Source: Octopus vulgaris (taxonomy: Eukaryota). Taken from it: a DNA stretch of 64,000 bases. Shown here piece after piece: positions 49,869 to 63,000 of the stretch; the first letter of the stretch is position 1; every line of letters starts with the position of its first letter. The DNA is taken from NCBI GenBank assembly GCA_951406725.2, contig OX597825.1:75702001-75766000 (forward strand), in the 5' to 3' direction. The position numbers were made by a program, and so were the translations under genes. The notes beneath the pieces are model-generated. The model did no database searches. It was not told the origin of the DNA and saw only the letters and a program-made list of their open reading frames with translations.

Positions 49869-52094
49869 ATATATATATGTGTGTGTGTGTGCGTGTGTAT
49901 AAATATATCGATCGTCAGTAAATCATAAATCCGAAAGAGATGTACACTCTAAGTTATAGAGCAGTAGAGTATTTAGATAAAGACAGTTATGGCCAATCTG
50001 TGGGGTTACCCAGGGTTTTGCATCCATAAAGCTCTTAGCTTGATAATGTCTCTTCAGACCCTAATGACCAGTAGCCTATTACTTCTCTTCAAATTGGAGG
50101 AAGAAAAGATTTCATGGCTAGTTGTTCAACACACAGACAAAGAAGGGCCAAGTGCAAAGGACTGTCTCCCTTAAACCTGTGTAAGCAGGGTCTGAAAACT
50201 TCTTTCCTGGAAGCTTAAGATGTTTCCCAAGTCAAGGAAGTTCTTGAATATTGTCATCCATTTAGCTATGCACAGCTTTCTATGCTTGCTCTTGTTAATG
50301 TAGGGGCCTGGTTTTTCTTGGATCTTTCATGAGATTATGTGTGGATTCCCTTCGTCCTTCAAGCACTAAAAGTAGCTGGCCAAGGATGAGGTATATCATC
50401 TCACCAGGATCCTAAACATAGATCTGTGGAGATGCACTGCTTGAAAGTGTTTCTGGAACATTCGATGTATCTTTGAGTGCTGCTGCTGGTGATATACTGG
50501 TGATGCCACTTCTGCTGATGTTGACACTACTACTTCTGCTGTTGTGTTGGTGCTGGTGTTGTTGGTGTCGGTGTTGACTTCATTAATGCTGGCATAAGAG
50601 ATGTCATCGGTGATGAAGTTGGTGTTGGTGCTGTTGATAGATAGACAGACAGACAGATCCACAGACAGACTGACAGACAGTTAGAAAAAGAAAGCAAGGG
50701 AGAGAGAGTGAGAGAGAGCAGAGAGGCAGAGAGAAGAAGATACACAAACAGACAATAAATGAGATAAGGTTGAAATAGAAGGAAAAGGAAATATATAGAC
50801 AGACAGGGAGGTAAACCCAAGACAGAGAGTATTGCGTCTATATGCTGATATTGAGTATGTGTATTATGTGTGTGTCTACTAGAGGCAGCTGTTTCTAAAT
50901 ATCTCTCTTTAATTTCCTGTTTCTGAGGTCGAAAGAGAAAAGAGAGTGGAGCAAGTCAAAGAAAGAGAAAGAAATAACCTTGTTTCTTGTATAGTTTTTT
51001 AACCATTGTGCTCAGATTTAAAATTTTAGTTCCAGATAATGGAACACAGTGAATTTCATTTTGTAGAAAAGATGGAAAAAATAAGTTTTATTTTCTACAT
51101 CAAGACCAAATTTTCTTTAAAATTTCAAATCTGAAAATTCTTTCTAAATTTCACTTGAAAATAATCATTTGGAAAATTTATTCTAAAAAAATTTTTTAAA
51201 CCTATTTGCAAAAATTGTTATTAAAATTTATTCTGAAATTTATTCCCATGAATTCATAAATTTGGACAATATTTATTTTCTGAAATTAATTCTAAAATTT
51301 TTAGATTCATTCTAAGATTGATTGCAAAACTCATTTTGAAATTATAAATTTCTTACCATAACCTGGAAAATTGAATTAATTAATTAATTAATTAATTCTA
51401 AAATTAATTCCAGAATTCATTTTTGAATTGAGAAATATACAGAATTGTTCTAAAATTTAGGTAAAGAGGTTATGTGTTAAAATGTAAGACTTCCTTAATC
51501 CTTTTGATATTGAACCATGTGAGACCACCTTTGGTTCCATGATACAAAATTCTGTTTCAAGGTGACCTAGATTTAAAATCTTTCATCAATATTTTATGTT
51601 AAATTATGCTCCAAACACTAACTTAATACAAAATTATTTTACTAAATTTTAAAATTATTTTCTAAATTAATTAAAACAAGTGCAGTGCGTTTCCATAAAA
51701 ATATAACAAAAGCATTAATGGAGCCGTTATGTTATACTCCAGAACAAATTCCATGATTTTGTTTGTTTCACTCTGCTTAACTGACTGACAAACAGATGGT
51801 CTCCAGTCATTACCATCATTTAGTATCCATGTTCCATGCTGGCGTGGGTTGGACTGTTTGATAGGATACAATGGATCCAAAGACTGCATCATACTCTAGT
51901 GTCTGCTTTGGTTTTGTTTTTATGGCTTGATACCTTTCCTGATGTTAAGATGCACTTCCTAACACCAACAATATGCATATTTTCAAATTTGTGAAAAAAG
52001 GCTAAAACTTCAAATGATAATAAAACAAACTGAAATTCTTCAAGGTAAGTTGCTTGACCTTTATGTATAGTTCTTGAGATAATGAAAGCTTCAA

Positions 52095-52418
52095 GAGACC
52101 TTGGAATTGTATAAAGGGTAAAGACCTCTTTCAGTCATGAATGACCATGGGGTTGCACCTAGAAAGTTACCCTCCAAGGCACAGGTCCAGGCAATGTTTT
52201 CCTCCTCTCTCCATGCTACCAATGTTATCCAAGAGAAAGGCAAAGGCTGATACAGCTTGGCGTCAGTGACGTCACAACTTATTTCTACAGTGGAGTGAAC
52301 TGGAGCAATGTGAAATAAAGTGTCTTGCTCAGGAACACAACACACAGCCAGGTCCAGGAAGTGAACTCACTACCTCATGATTGTGAATCTGACACTACAA
52401 CCACTGAACCATGCACCT
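52095..52418 (-). mobile_element. Additional tRNA-derived SINE (CORE-like)
   Basis: Minus strand GTGGTTGTAGTGTCAG..GAGTTCACTTCC..TGTTGTGTTCCTGAGCAAGACAC. Confidence 0.55.
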
Positions 52419-52444
52419 AGTTAATGTATCACTTGCTTAGTTGA

Positions 52445-53732
52445 TTTAATTATGTTGTAAGGAGATTGCAAGAGGAATACTTAGATAAGGAGAAGGAGTT
52501 GTACATGTGCTCCATTGATCTGGAGAAGGCATTTGATAGGGTTCCAAGGAAGGTGACTGAGTAGACATTGAGGAAGAGAGGTGTAGGGGGGTAAAGACAA
52601 GAGTTAGAATTGGATCAGATTTTTTGTCAGAGGAGTTTGCAGTGAAAGTTGGTGTGCATCAGGGATCTGTGTTGTTGCCATTGTTGTTTGCAATAGTGGT
52701 TGATGTGGTAATGGAGAGTGCAAGAGAGGGATTGATAATGGAGATAGTGTATGCAGATGGTCTTGTTCTGATGAGTAAGACGATGGAGGGATTGAGGGAG
52801 AAATTTTTTGGAAATGGAAAGCAAAGGTTTGAAGGTAAACCTTGGGAAGACAAAGGTGATGGTGAGTGGGCTGGAAAGAAAAGTGTGAGTGAATAAGGTG
52901 AATCCATATGGTGTATGTGGGAGGAGGGTAATGGCAATGTGGTGTTGTGCATGAGATGTGAGAAATTGATTCATTGTAGATGCATGAAAATGAAGAAGGT
53001 GACCCTAAGACTGGCGAGAGAGTTTGTTTGTGGAAGATGTGAGACAGGAGCTGGAGGGCTGGTGGAACCAGTGGAAATGCTATGTGATGAGGTAGAAACA
53101 ATGAGAGGGTTTTGTTATTTGGGAGATCGGATGGATGTAAGTGGTGGATGTGAAGCAGCTGTGACAGCAAGAGCAAGACTTGGCTGGGTGAAATTCAGGG
53201 AATGTGGAGTGTTGTTATATGGGAAAAGGTTCTCATTAAAGATTAAAGGAAGGGTCCATAAGAGTTGTGTGAGAGCTGCAAGCTGTATGGGTGTGAGACA
53301 TAGTGTCTGAGGGAGAGAGAAATGGTAATTCTGAGAAGGACTTCGAGAGAAATGTGTGGGGTGAAGCTGTTTGATAGTAGGAGGACTGAGGATTTGATTG
53401 GAATACTGGAGTTTGAGAAAGCAGTGGAATGGTTGATAAGGGCGAATGAAATGAGGTGGTTTGGGTATATGTTGAGGAGGGATGAAGAGCATGTTCTGAG
53501 GAGGGTGATTGCATTTGAGGTAAATGGAACATAAAAGCGAGGTAGACCAAGGAAAAGGTGGAGAGGGGGAGGAGGAGATTGGGAGGATTGGTTGAAAAAG
53601 GGGGACACCCAAAATCGGGCAAGATGGCAAGATAGTATAAGAGTGGTTGCTATGGTACTGAGGTAGATCCAGCCACCCCCATTAACAGGGACAAAACTCG
53701 GATTTAAAACACTGGATGATGCTGATGATGAT
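52445..53732 (+). mobile_element. RTE LINE remnant (second subfamily)
   Basis: IDLEKAFDRVPR, VKVGVHQGSVL, VYADGLVL, FCYLGD..ARARLGWVKFRE, RWFGYMLRR; GATGAT tail. Confidence 0.85.
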
Positions 53733-53809
53733 AAAAGCATTATTTCCAGTTTCCAAAATCACTGTTGCATCCTCAGGGTGCCAAAGCAGAGAAATTCCAG
53801 GTGTCTTTA

Positions 53810-54190
53810 GTTAATTCTTCCTAACATAGGTGCAAAGTTTGAAAATTTGCAGGACAGGAGTTAGTTTATTATATCAACTCCAATACTTGACTGGTACACT
53901 GTTTCGTTGACCCCCACCCATATTAAAGGGATAAAAGGTGAAGTTAACTCTAGCAGGATTTGAACTCAGAATGCAAGGACCTGTAACTAAATATCATAAA
54001 ACATTTTGTTTGATGTTGTAATGACCCTACCAATCCATTGCTTTAATTGTTTCTAACAACAATTATAATAATGATCTCAAATTTTGGGCCAAGACCAGCA
54101 ACTTCAGAAGAAGAGGTAAGACAATTACATCAACTCCAGTGCTCAACTGGTTCTTATTATATCGACCCTGAAAGGATGAAAGTCAAAGTC

Positions 54191-54243
<53 letters not shown>

Positions 54244-54638
54244 TAATAATAATAATCCTTTCTACTACAGGCAGAAGGCCTGAAATTTCCGGGAAGGGAA
54301 CTAGCTGATAACATCGACCTCAGTGTGTAACTGGTACTTAATTTATCAACCCTGAAAGGGATGAAAGGCAAAGTCAGCCTTGGCAGAATTTGAACTCAGA
54401 CTTTAAAGACAGGTGAAATATCGCTAAGCATTTCACCTTGTATGCTAACGATTCTACCAGCTCACCACCTTCTTTAATAATAATAATGATAATAACAACA
54501 ACAACAATAATGAAGATGAGAATTATTTCATTTTTTTTTTTTGCCACAAGAGCAGCTTGAGGGAGGTGGAAGCATTTTGGCCTGTGTGCTAACAATTCTG
54601 CCAGCTCGCCACCTTCTATAATAATAATAATGATGATG

Positions 54639-54710
<72 letters not shown>
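53810..54710 (-). mobile_element. Cluster of SINE family A copies separated by (TAA)n tracts
   Basis: Repeated AACTGGTAC/ATCGACCC/GAAAGGATGAAAG/TTTGAACTCAGA blocks at about 53880, 54140 and 54330. Confidence 0.75.
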
Positions 54711-55267
54711 TGCCCTGATGCAGTACCAGGCAGTGGCTCTCATGGCTTCTGATCTTAACTGATTGGAAGTGTTATCATGTACATTGTTTTGTCTTGGTAT
54801 ATCTTTTAGATGGGCTACAGCAAATATTCTGCTCAATACCACAGATTTGCTTGTCAGTCGTTTGACCATAACCAGTTGAGCATGTCCCTTAGTGGCTGAT
54901 GATATGTCCATCTCTGATCACGAGCAGAAGTAGTGGGGGAGTATCATAGCCATGTGTTGAGAGGGATTCTTTGGGGTTTGAATAATTCACTTCTGGAAAC
55001 ATGGGTGTTTCATTCAACATCCTTAAACAACCCTTACTCAGGGACCTTTTGAGCAGGATGGGTTACTCGACCAGAAGAAAATTCTAACTGGGCCCCACCT
55101 ACAAGGTCATGTGCTGTTTATCTTGATATGAGATCATCATGTCGCGCACATATGGTTGTGATGCATGTGCCTGGTGTACCCTTATCAGACGGGTAGACAT
55201 GATGGGTATATTGGGCTTCGTATATTTTACCCCAGTGTCACTTTGATGGCATGCACTGCTCTCTCAC

Positions 55268-55306
<39 letters not shown>

Positions 55307-55736
55307 GTAAAAATAATAATAGCAATAATAATAACTGTGTAAGGAGTCAAATATGTAATGTTTGCTTGCCACAAGGCTAATAATATTATTTATACATCAA
55401 CACATACTGTCTTATTTTATATTTTATTTTAAGGTCAAAATGTTTTCCAAAATTATTCCACAGACTTTCTTTCTTGAATTTCAAACCAGATTACAATTTC
55501 ATCTGTTCAATAAAATCAAATTTACGAGATATATGATTAAAAATTTGTGAGACAAAACAAAATATTTTGTCTTTCTTTCTTTCTTTCTTCTTCTTCTTCT
55601 GCTCTCCCTCCCCCCTCTCTCATTATATATGACTATAATTGAATTGTACAATTCCAAAGACTGGAATTCCATGTTAAATGTAAACTAACTCCATAGAACT
55701 GTAAAATCCTTTAGTGACTCTCACTATCTGTCTTTC

Positions 55737-55772
<36 letters not shown>

Positions 55773-56522
55773 TCACCTTCCTTCCTTTCTGTCTTTCTTT
55801 CTCTTCTCTCTCTCTCTCTCTCTTTATTTATTTATCAGATAGTGTTAATATCTTCCTTGTTGATTGCAAGACAAGTAATACTCTTTCATAAAAATTCAAC
55901 AATTTCTTCCTGAATAGGAAATTATTTTTCTACAGAAAAGAAAAATAATAATAATACAATCAATGTTTTTTTTTTACCTTAATTATTTGTTTTTCATAAT
56001 GTTTGTATTTTATTTAATGATGTGGGACATGCCATTGAGAGTGAGTGTCGTCTGTATAGAATAAAAACTGACGAAAGAAAAAACAACAAAAATAAAGGAA
56101 ATTAAAGTAATGTCCTAATGTTTTCTGAAAAATGTGATGAACTACAAAATATGAATAGCAAAATTAGAAATTATATTGTAAACTGGGGTCAGAAAAGAGT
56201 TTATTATTTGTTGAACAAATATAATAAAATAGTAATTTTGAGAAGAAAATAGATAATGTATTATTTATTCTTTCATACATTAACCCCTCATCTTCTAGTA
56301 CTGAGCCACTTTCTTCTCTATTATTGTCTCACTCAGTTAAAGGGAATCTTAGTTTTATGAGGTACATGGCTACCTCACTAGTGCTGGTGCCATGAAAGAA
56401 AAAGCACCCTGTACACAATGCAAAGCAGTTATGTTTGGACGTCATTGGATGACAGTCATTGGATGTGTTGGATCATGTTAAACTATCCAATCCATACCAA
56501 CATGGAAGATGGAAGTTAAAAA

Positions 56523-56570
56523 ATGATGATGATGACGATGATGATGATGATCATCATGATCGTGATGGTC

Positions 56571-56612
<42 letters not shown>

Positions 56613-56746
56613 GTGAAAATGATGATGACAATGATGATGATGATGGTGAAGATGATGATGACAATGATGATGATGATGATGATGGGGATGATGATGATGA
56701 TGATGATGATGATGACGACAACGATGACGACGACGACGACGACGAC

Positions 56747-56778
<32 letters not shown>

Positions 56779-56857
56779 CAATGATGATGATGATGACAAT
56801 GATGCTGATGCTGATGCTGATGATGATGATGATAATGATGACAATGATGATGATGAT
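56523..56857 (+). repeat. Long imperfect (GAT)n/(GAC)n microsatellite at the tail of an RTE-type 3' end
   Basis: Follows CCAATCCATACCAACATGGAAGATGGAAGTTAAAAA. Confidence 0.9.
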
Positions 56858-58342
56858 CAATACATTCTATTCAGAACTGAAGGAGTTTAAATCCCAGAAG
56901 AGTGGGTGCTTGGTTGTTTGCTTGGCTGGTTGTTAGAATGTTTCAGTTTAAAAAAGTTACAGATGGCCAGAAGCAAGCCAGTGAGTGAGAGAATGAAAGA
57001 AAAAGAGAATGAGAGAGAGGGAGAGAGAGAGAGAGAGAGCTCCAATAATTTGATGTCATAATAAAAGGAAGTCATATCATTATATGCAGTGTCTAAAAAT
57101 GATGTTTTGTGAGGCATAATGGCTTCCAGTTTAGGCACAAGACCAGCAATCTTGAAGAGATGGGATTAGTTGATACCATTGACACCAGCCTAATTCTTGA
57201 TTATTTCTTTTTTTTTTTATTGACACTGAAAAGGATGAAAAGCAAAGTTGATCCTGGCTAGGTTTGAACTCAGAACATAAAGAGTTGAAAGAAATACAAG
57301 GCAATTCATTAACATGAAAGATGCTGGAGAGAGAGCAACAGAAGCAATGAAATGAAAGCATATATACACCACCACCCACCACTGCTGCTGCTGCTGCTGC
57401 TACTACAAGGAGCAATAGCAGTAGTAGCAGCAGCAGCAATGGTAATGGCAGTAGCAGCAGCAGCAGTTTGGATTCTATTCTTTGAATAATATTGAATCAG
57501 GTAAATTTTGCATATCACTTCTTTGTGTTTTTGCTGCAGTGATCAGTGAGAATAAAATGGATTGTATGTAATACACTGAAGAAGAAAGACATTTATTTTC
57601 TATAGATGAGCAAAACAAAACAGTGACTGAGAATGGGGAAGGAATCTAAAGATAAGAAAATTAACCAAAAAGATGCAAAAAAAAAAACTCAAACAAAAAA
57701 AACCTCCGAAGTAAAGTAAAAAAAAAAAAGAGAAAGAAATAAAAGAAGCTCTAAAATGAAGATTGTAAGATATTACAATTAGAAATTGTCAAAACCAAAC
57801 TGTTTCTTAAACTAAATTAGACCAGAACAAGGTTAAATCTATAAAAAAAAAGAGGAAAAGAATGAAAAAAATTATTATGTAGAAACAATAGACTTTTTCA
57901 TGATTTAAAAGATGAAAATAAAATAAATAAATGACTAAATGATAACAACACCCACATCTTCGGTTAACTGTCTTCATCTTTGAAGAATATGTAGGAAATA
58001 ACAAAACAGTCTATTCTCTTTTGTCAGTCCAACCTGTGCCATCCAAACTGAAACACTGACCCACACCTTGTGTCATTGTCACTTTTGATTTCTGGGCAAT
58101 AAGAAACAAACATAAAATATTTAATTTTTCTATTTGGTTTGCAAGAAGGTGCAGGCTCTGTCATTAGGGCATCTGGCTTTTATCATAAGGTCATGAGTTT
58201 GATTCCAGGTGGTGTTTTGTGTTCTTGAGCTTTGCTTCAATCCATTCTGCTGGCAAAAGTAAGTTATACCTGTAATTCAAATAGCCAGCTTTGTCACATT
58301 CTGTGTCATGCTGAATCTCTCTGAGAACTACAGGAAGGATAA

Positions 58343-58747
58343 GCGCAGGCGCAGGAGTGGCTGTGTGGTAAGTAGCTTGCTAACCAACCACATGGTTCCG
58401 GGTTCAGTCCCACTGCGTGGCATCTTGGGTAAGTGTCTTCTGCTATAGCCCCGGGCCGACCAATGCCTTGCGAGTGGATTTGGTAGACGGAAACTGAAAG
58501 AAGCCTGTCGTATATATGTATACATATATATATATGTGTGTGTGTGTGTGTTTGTCCCCCTAGCATTGCTTGACAACCGATGCTGGTGTGTTTACGTCAC
58601 CATCACTTAGCGGTTCGGCAAAAGAGATCGATAGAATAAGTACTGAGCTTACAAAGATTAAGTCCCGGGGTTGATTTGCTCCACTAAAGGCGGTGCTCCA
58701 GCATGGCCGCAGTCAAATGACTGAAACAAGTAAAAGAGTAAAAGAGT
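58343..58747 (+). mobile_element. SINE family B, full length, nested in an older SINE (about 58140-58850)
   Basis: GGCGCAGGAGTGGCTGTGTGGTAAG, GGTTCAGTCCC, internal microsatellite, (GTAAAAGA)n tail; the flanks join to match 32345-32450. Confidence 0.85.
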
Positions 58748-60003
58748 GTCCATGGAATGCTGAGCCACTTGCATGCTAATTTCATGAGCAGGCTGTTCCA
58801 TCGATCAAATCAACTGGAACACTCATCGTCATAATCGATGAAGTGCCAATATTTGGTTTGCAATATTTGTGATATGAAATTGTGTAATAAAGCAGATTCT
58901 GTTGTGCCTTGCGAGGGTCGTTATGCTAATAATAAACACACACATTGATTCGATTTAATTTCATTTATTAATCAACTAGAGAACCATTTGACTAATTAAT
59001 CAAGTGGTTAACTAATTGACTAATAATAATAATTAGTTGGACCCATGAAAAATTCATGGGAAATATTAAAAAAATGTAAGCATCTGTAAATTGTGTGCTG
59101 GTGCCATGAGCAATGTTTCTATTTTGTGAGAGTTACAGAATATAGAAAGAAGTGAGAAACTGATAACTGTAGAATCCAACCAAAATATTTCGGTTACGGA
59201 AGCGTAAACAGAATTACTATTTAGCCTTAAAATACATCGTACATATTCAAAGAACCTTCTTGGTTTAGTGGTATTCTTTTATTCTTTTACTTGTTTCAGT
59301 CATTTGACAGTGACCATGCTGGAGCACCACACTTTAGTCAAAGAAATCAATCCCTAGACTTATTCCCTGTAAGCCTGGTGCTTATTCTATCAGTCTCTTC
59401 TACTAAACAGCTAAGTTATGGGGACGCAAACACACCAACATTGGTTGTCAGACAATGGTGGTGGGGGGACAAACACAGACACAAACACACATGCATAAAA
59501 GTATTATATATATATATATATACTAGCATTAAAGACCCGGCGTTGCCGGGTCATAGTGCTAGTGCATGTATATATGTGTATATATATATATGTGTACATA
59601 TTACATGTACATCTATATATATACACCTACACATAAAATGCAAAATACAAAGTTATATCTTGATATCACTAGTGATAACAATACTCAAAATATATAACAG
59701 ACTAGAATTGTTAGACCGTCTCTTGTAATTTCGATCAATTGTATCTTGTCCTCCCTCTTGTATAGAAGTGTGGCTACAATCCAGCCTACCTCTACTTCTG
59801 GGGGTGGGGGGGGGCATTTAAAATTTTTTTCCTACGTCCCAGATATAAAGGTAAAAATAAAATATTTCCACTTTGCAAGTTCGAGTCGAGTACTCCCTTG
59901 CACGCTCCGTTGACTCAAACCTTGCTTCTATTGTGGCGAATTTACCGCCTCTGATTAGATAGTCGCACCAAGACACTTTTCGAAGGTGCTTTCCTCCATG
60001 TTG

Positions 60004-63000
60004 TTTTATTATTACCCACAAGGGGCGAACACAGATGGGACAATACATTCTGATGATGGGGTCAGACAAACGAATGGGTTTTTACAATAAATCGGGTTTA
60101 AAAATTTTCATGAATAACAATAAATGGACAGAAATCGAGTGATAGGACAGACCGGAAGACATTACGGGTGGAGTGGGTGCGGGTTTAGCTCGGACCCCAC
60201 GAGCCCCGCCTCCCCACTGATACTTTTGGTTGCACTTGGTATTACATTTATGTTGTAACTTTCATTCGCAACTTCCGTGCTACATCCTTCCATCGTTCTT
60301 CATACGCTCTCCTAGTCAGGCATATTCTCTCCAGCCCTATCTTCCTTTTCAGGTGAAAGATGAAATAATTCATCAAACCAGGGCCGGAGATGAACTTGCC
60401 TGACTGTAAACCTTTCATTCTCGTCTTCCATATCACCTCTTTCGCGATTGCTACTACAACGAGAAAACGAAACTTACCTTCATTCACGAGGAAATCCGGT
60501 GGGTCAATTTTTGTAATCGACTCAGTCGACAGCTGTACTCTTCGTGTACCTGACAACAGGTGTTCGGCATAAACCCACACCTCAGACACGTCCGGACAAT
60601 GAACAATCGCGTGCGGGACGGTTTCCCTATCCCGCCCGCATCTTGGACATATCGGACTGTCTTGGCCACCGTGCCTTGCGAGTTTATCCCGAACAGGTAG
60701 AGCTCCTCTGTAGCATTGCCATGCCAGAGACTTCTGGAAATTGTCCAGTGTCCTTGGCTCGAACGTACGTCGGAACAGACTGGCCAGCTGGTTATCGTCG
60801 AGACCTAGGGTTTCCCCCAAGGTATCTTCACATTCCGCCTCTACCAACCCTCTATAGAAGAAAGTGGTGGAACCCCCACCGCAGGCGTTGCCCGAGCGAC
60901 GGAATAGCAGGAGAGCCTTGCGACACTCCGTGTACCAAGTACCAAGTTTCGATCTACGATTCAGCCAGGTTTCCCATCCACCGAAACTAGTGAACTTGGG
61001 AAACATCAGTTTTGCTAGCGAAGACCACACCCGTTCACCATCCAGGTAGAGCCACAGATGTCTTAACCTCAGCGCATGTCTGCGCATCATCAGCCAAGGC
61101 ATCCCTAGCCCACCCTTTAACGGTTGTTGACAGCAAGTAGAGCGTTTCACAAGTGGTTTCCCGCCCTTCCACAAGAAGTAGAAGAGCTGTCTTTCCAACT
61201 TGATCAACCACGAATCAGGGCAAGGAACGACGGAAAGGCGGTAGGTGATAACCGATGCGATAAACACATTGGCCACCTCCGCCCTCCCTTTCAGGGATAG
61301 CCACCGCCAAGACCAGGTCTTGGCTACTGCAGCCACCTTGCTCGTTACCTCGCCCCAATTCTTCTCTATTTGGAGGTCTGGACCGAACCAGACCCCTAGC
61401 AGTTTAATCGGACCCTCCGTCCAACGTCCCACGACGCTGTCAGGAGGCATCGACTTGCCTCTCCAGGTGCCGAGTTGCAAGCCGACTGACTTTTCGCGAT
61501 TAACTTTTGCTCCTGTCACCGTCTCGTACACCTCTATGGCCTTGCCTACTTTACATAGGTGGTCCATTTCGGTTACGATGATGGTGATGTCATCCGCGTA
61601 CGCTGACACTGATTTTCCATTACCTGGCTGTCTCGGGATGCCGCTCAGTTTTCGCAGTAATGGCTCAAGAGCCATCACGTACAAAAGCGGGGAGAGCGGA
61701 CACCCTTGACGAACCGAGCGTTTGATTTTGAACGGCTTCGACAAGAAGCCATTCACCCGAACTACCGAGTCGATGTTATCATAAATTTCGATAATCCACC
61801 TGAGGAATCCAAGGCTCAGCCCGAACTGTGCCAGGGCAGATACCAGGTAACGATGGTCGACCCTATCAAAAGCTTTAGATTGGTCTAAATGGACCAGTGC
61901 CCCACCCTTGCCAGAATCACTATTAAACCCCTCTATAGTGTACCGCATTAGATGGAGATTATCCTGAATGGATCTGCCCGGAACGGCACATGTCTGTGCC
62001 CCTCCGATCAGACCATCCGCGACACGCGCCAATCTTTTCGATAACACTTTGGCCAAAATCTTCAACTCTGTGTTTAGCAGAGTGATGGGCCTGAAATTAT
62101 CAATGCACTCCCCTTGCTCGGGTCCTTTCTGACGAGAGTCACTACTCCCCGGCGCACAGATCTGGGTATAAGCCCGTTCTGCTGCCAGTTCGCGTAGACC
62201 TCCGCCAGTAGGTGCCCGAACAAGTCTGGCATACTCTTATATAACTCATAGGGTAGACCATCCAAACCCGGCGCCTTGCCCGCGCCGCAGTCCGCCATTG
62301 CCTCAACCACCTCCTCAGGCGTGATTGGCCCTTCACAGCCCTCCGCATCTCGCCCCGATAAGCGCGGCAGACCGTCGAGTAGGTCCGTAAAGGCCCTCCT
62401 CCTATCCAGTCCGCCGCACTCACCGAAAAGCTGAGCGAAGTGCTCCTGAAAGGCCTCACACATCTCCTCGGGTTCGTTTATCAACTCACCTTGTTGGTTC
62501 GTCAAAGATCGAATCGTGGCATCGTTACCATGCTGAGCTTCCACCACTCGGGCCCATCTCACGGCGTTGATTCCTTCACATCCCATATGACGGATTCTAG
62601 CCCTGACAATGCAGCCCATGTGTTTGGCCTCGAGGTGCTGGTTTAACACCAGTCTCTTGGCCGCCACCTGAGCCGCAGAGCCAGTTTTCATGGCTTCCTC
62701 TAATTCCTTAACTAGAGTAGTTTCCCTTCTAGCCTCTCTAGCCACTACTCCTATGCTATATCTAATAGACTCAAACTTGATGGCTCGTTTGAGGGCGTAC
62801 CACCATTTGTTATTAATGATGGTACCAGATAGTGCCCTCTGAATTATATTCCTAATCCGGTCTTTGTACTCCTTAATCGCCAAAAGGGACGTATTAAGTT
62901 TCCAGTAACCGGATCCTCTATTTTTAACCTTATCTATGTCAAGCTTACAAGTGACCATTTTATGATCACTGTAGCTGATCGGGTAAAACTGTGGACACTT

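Noticed and set aside
56459-56936. Poly-Asp / poly-Met ORFs
   Set aside because: Expanded (GAT)n tail of a retroelement; several frames are open only because of the repeat
58343-58415. tRNA-like A/B boxes, also present in other SINE heads
   Set aside because: No complete cloverleaf; always fused to a SINE body
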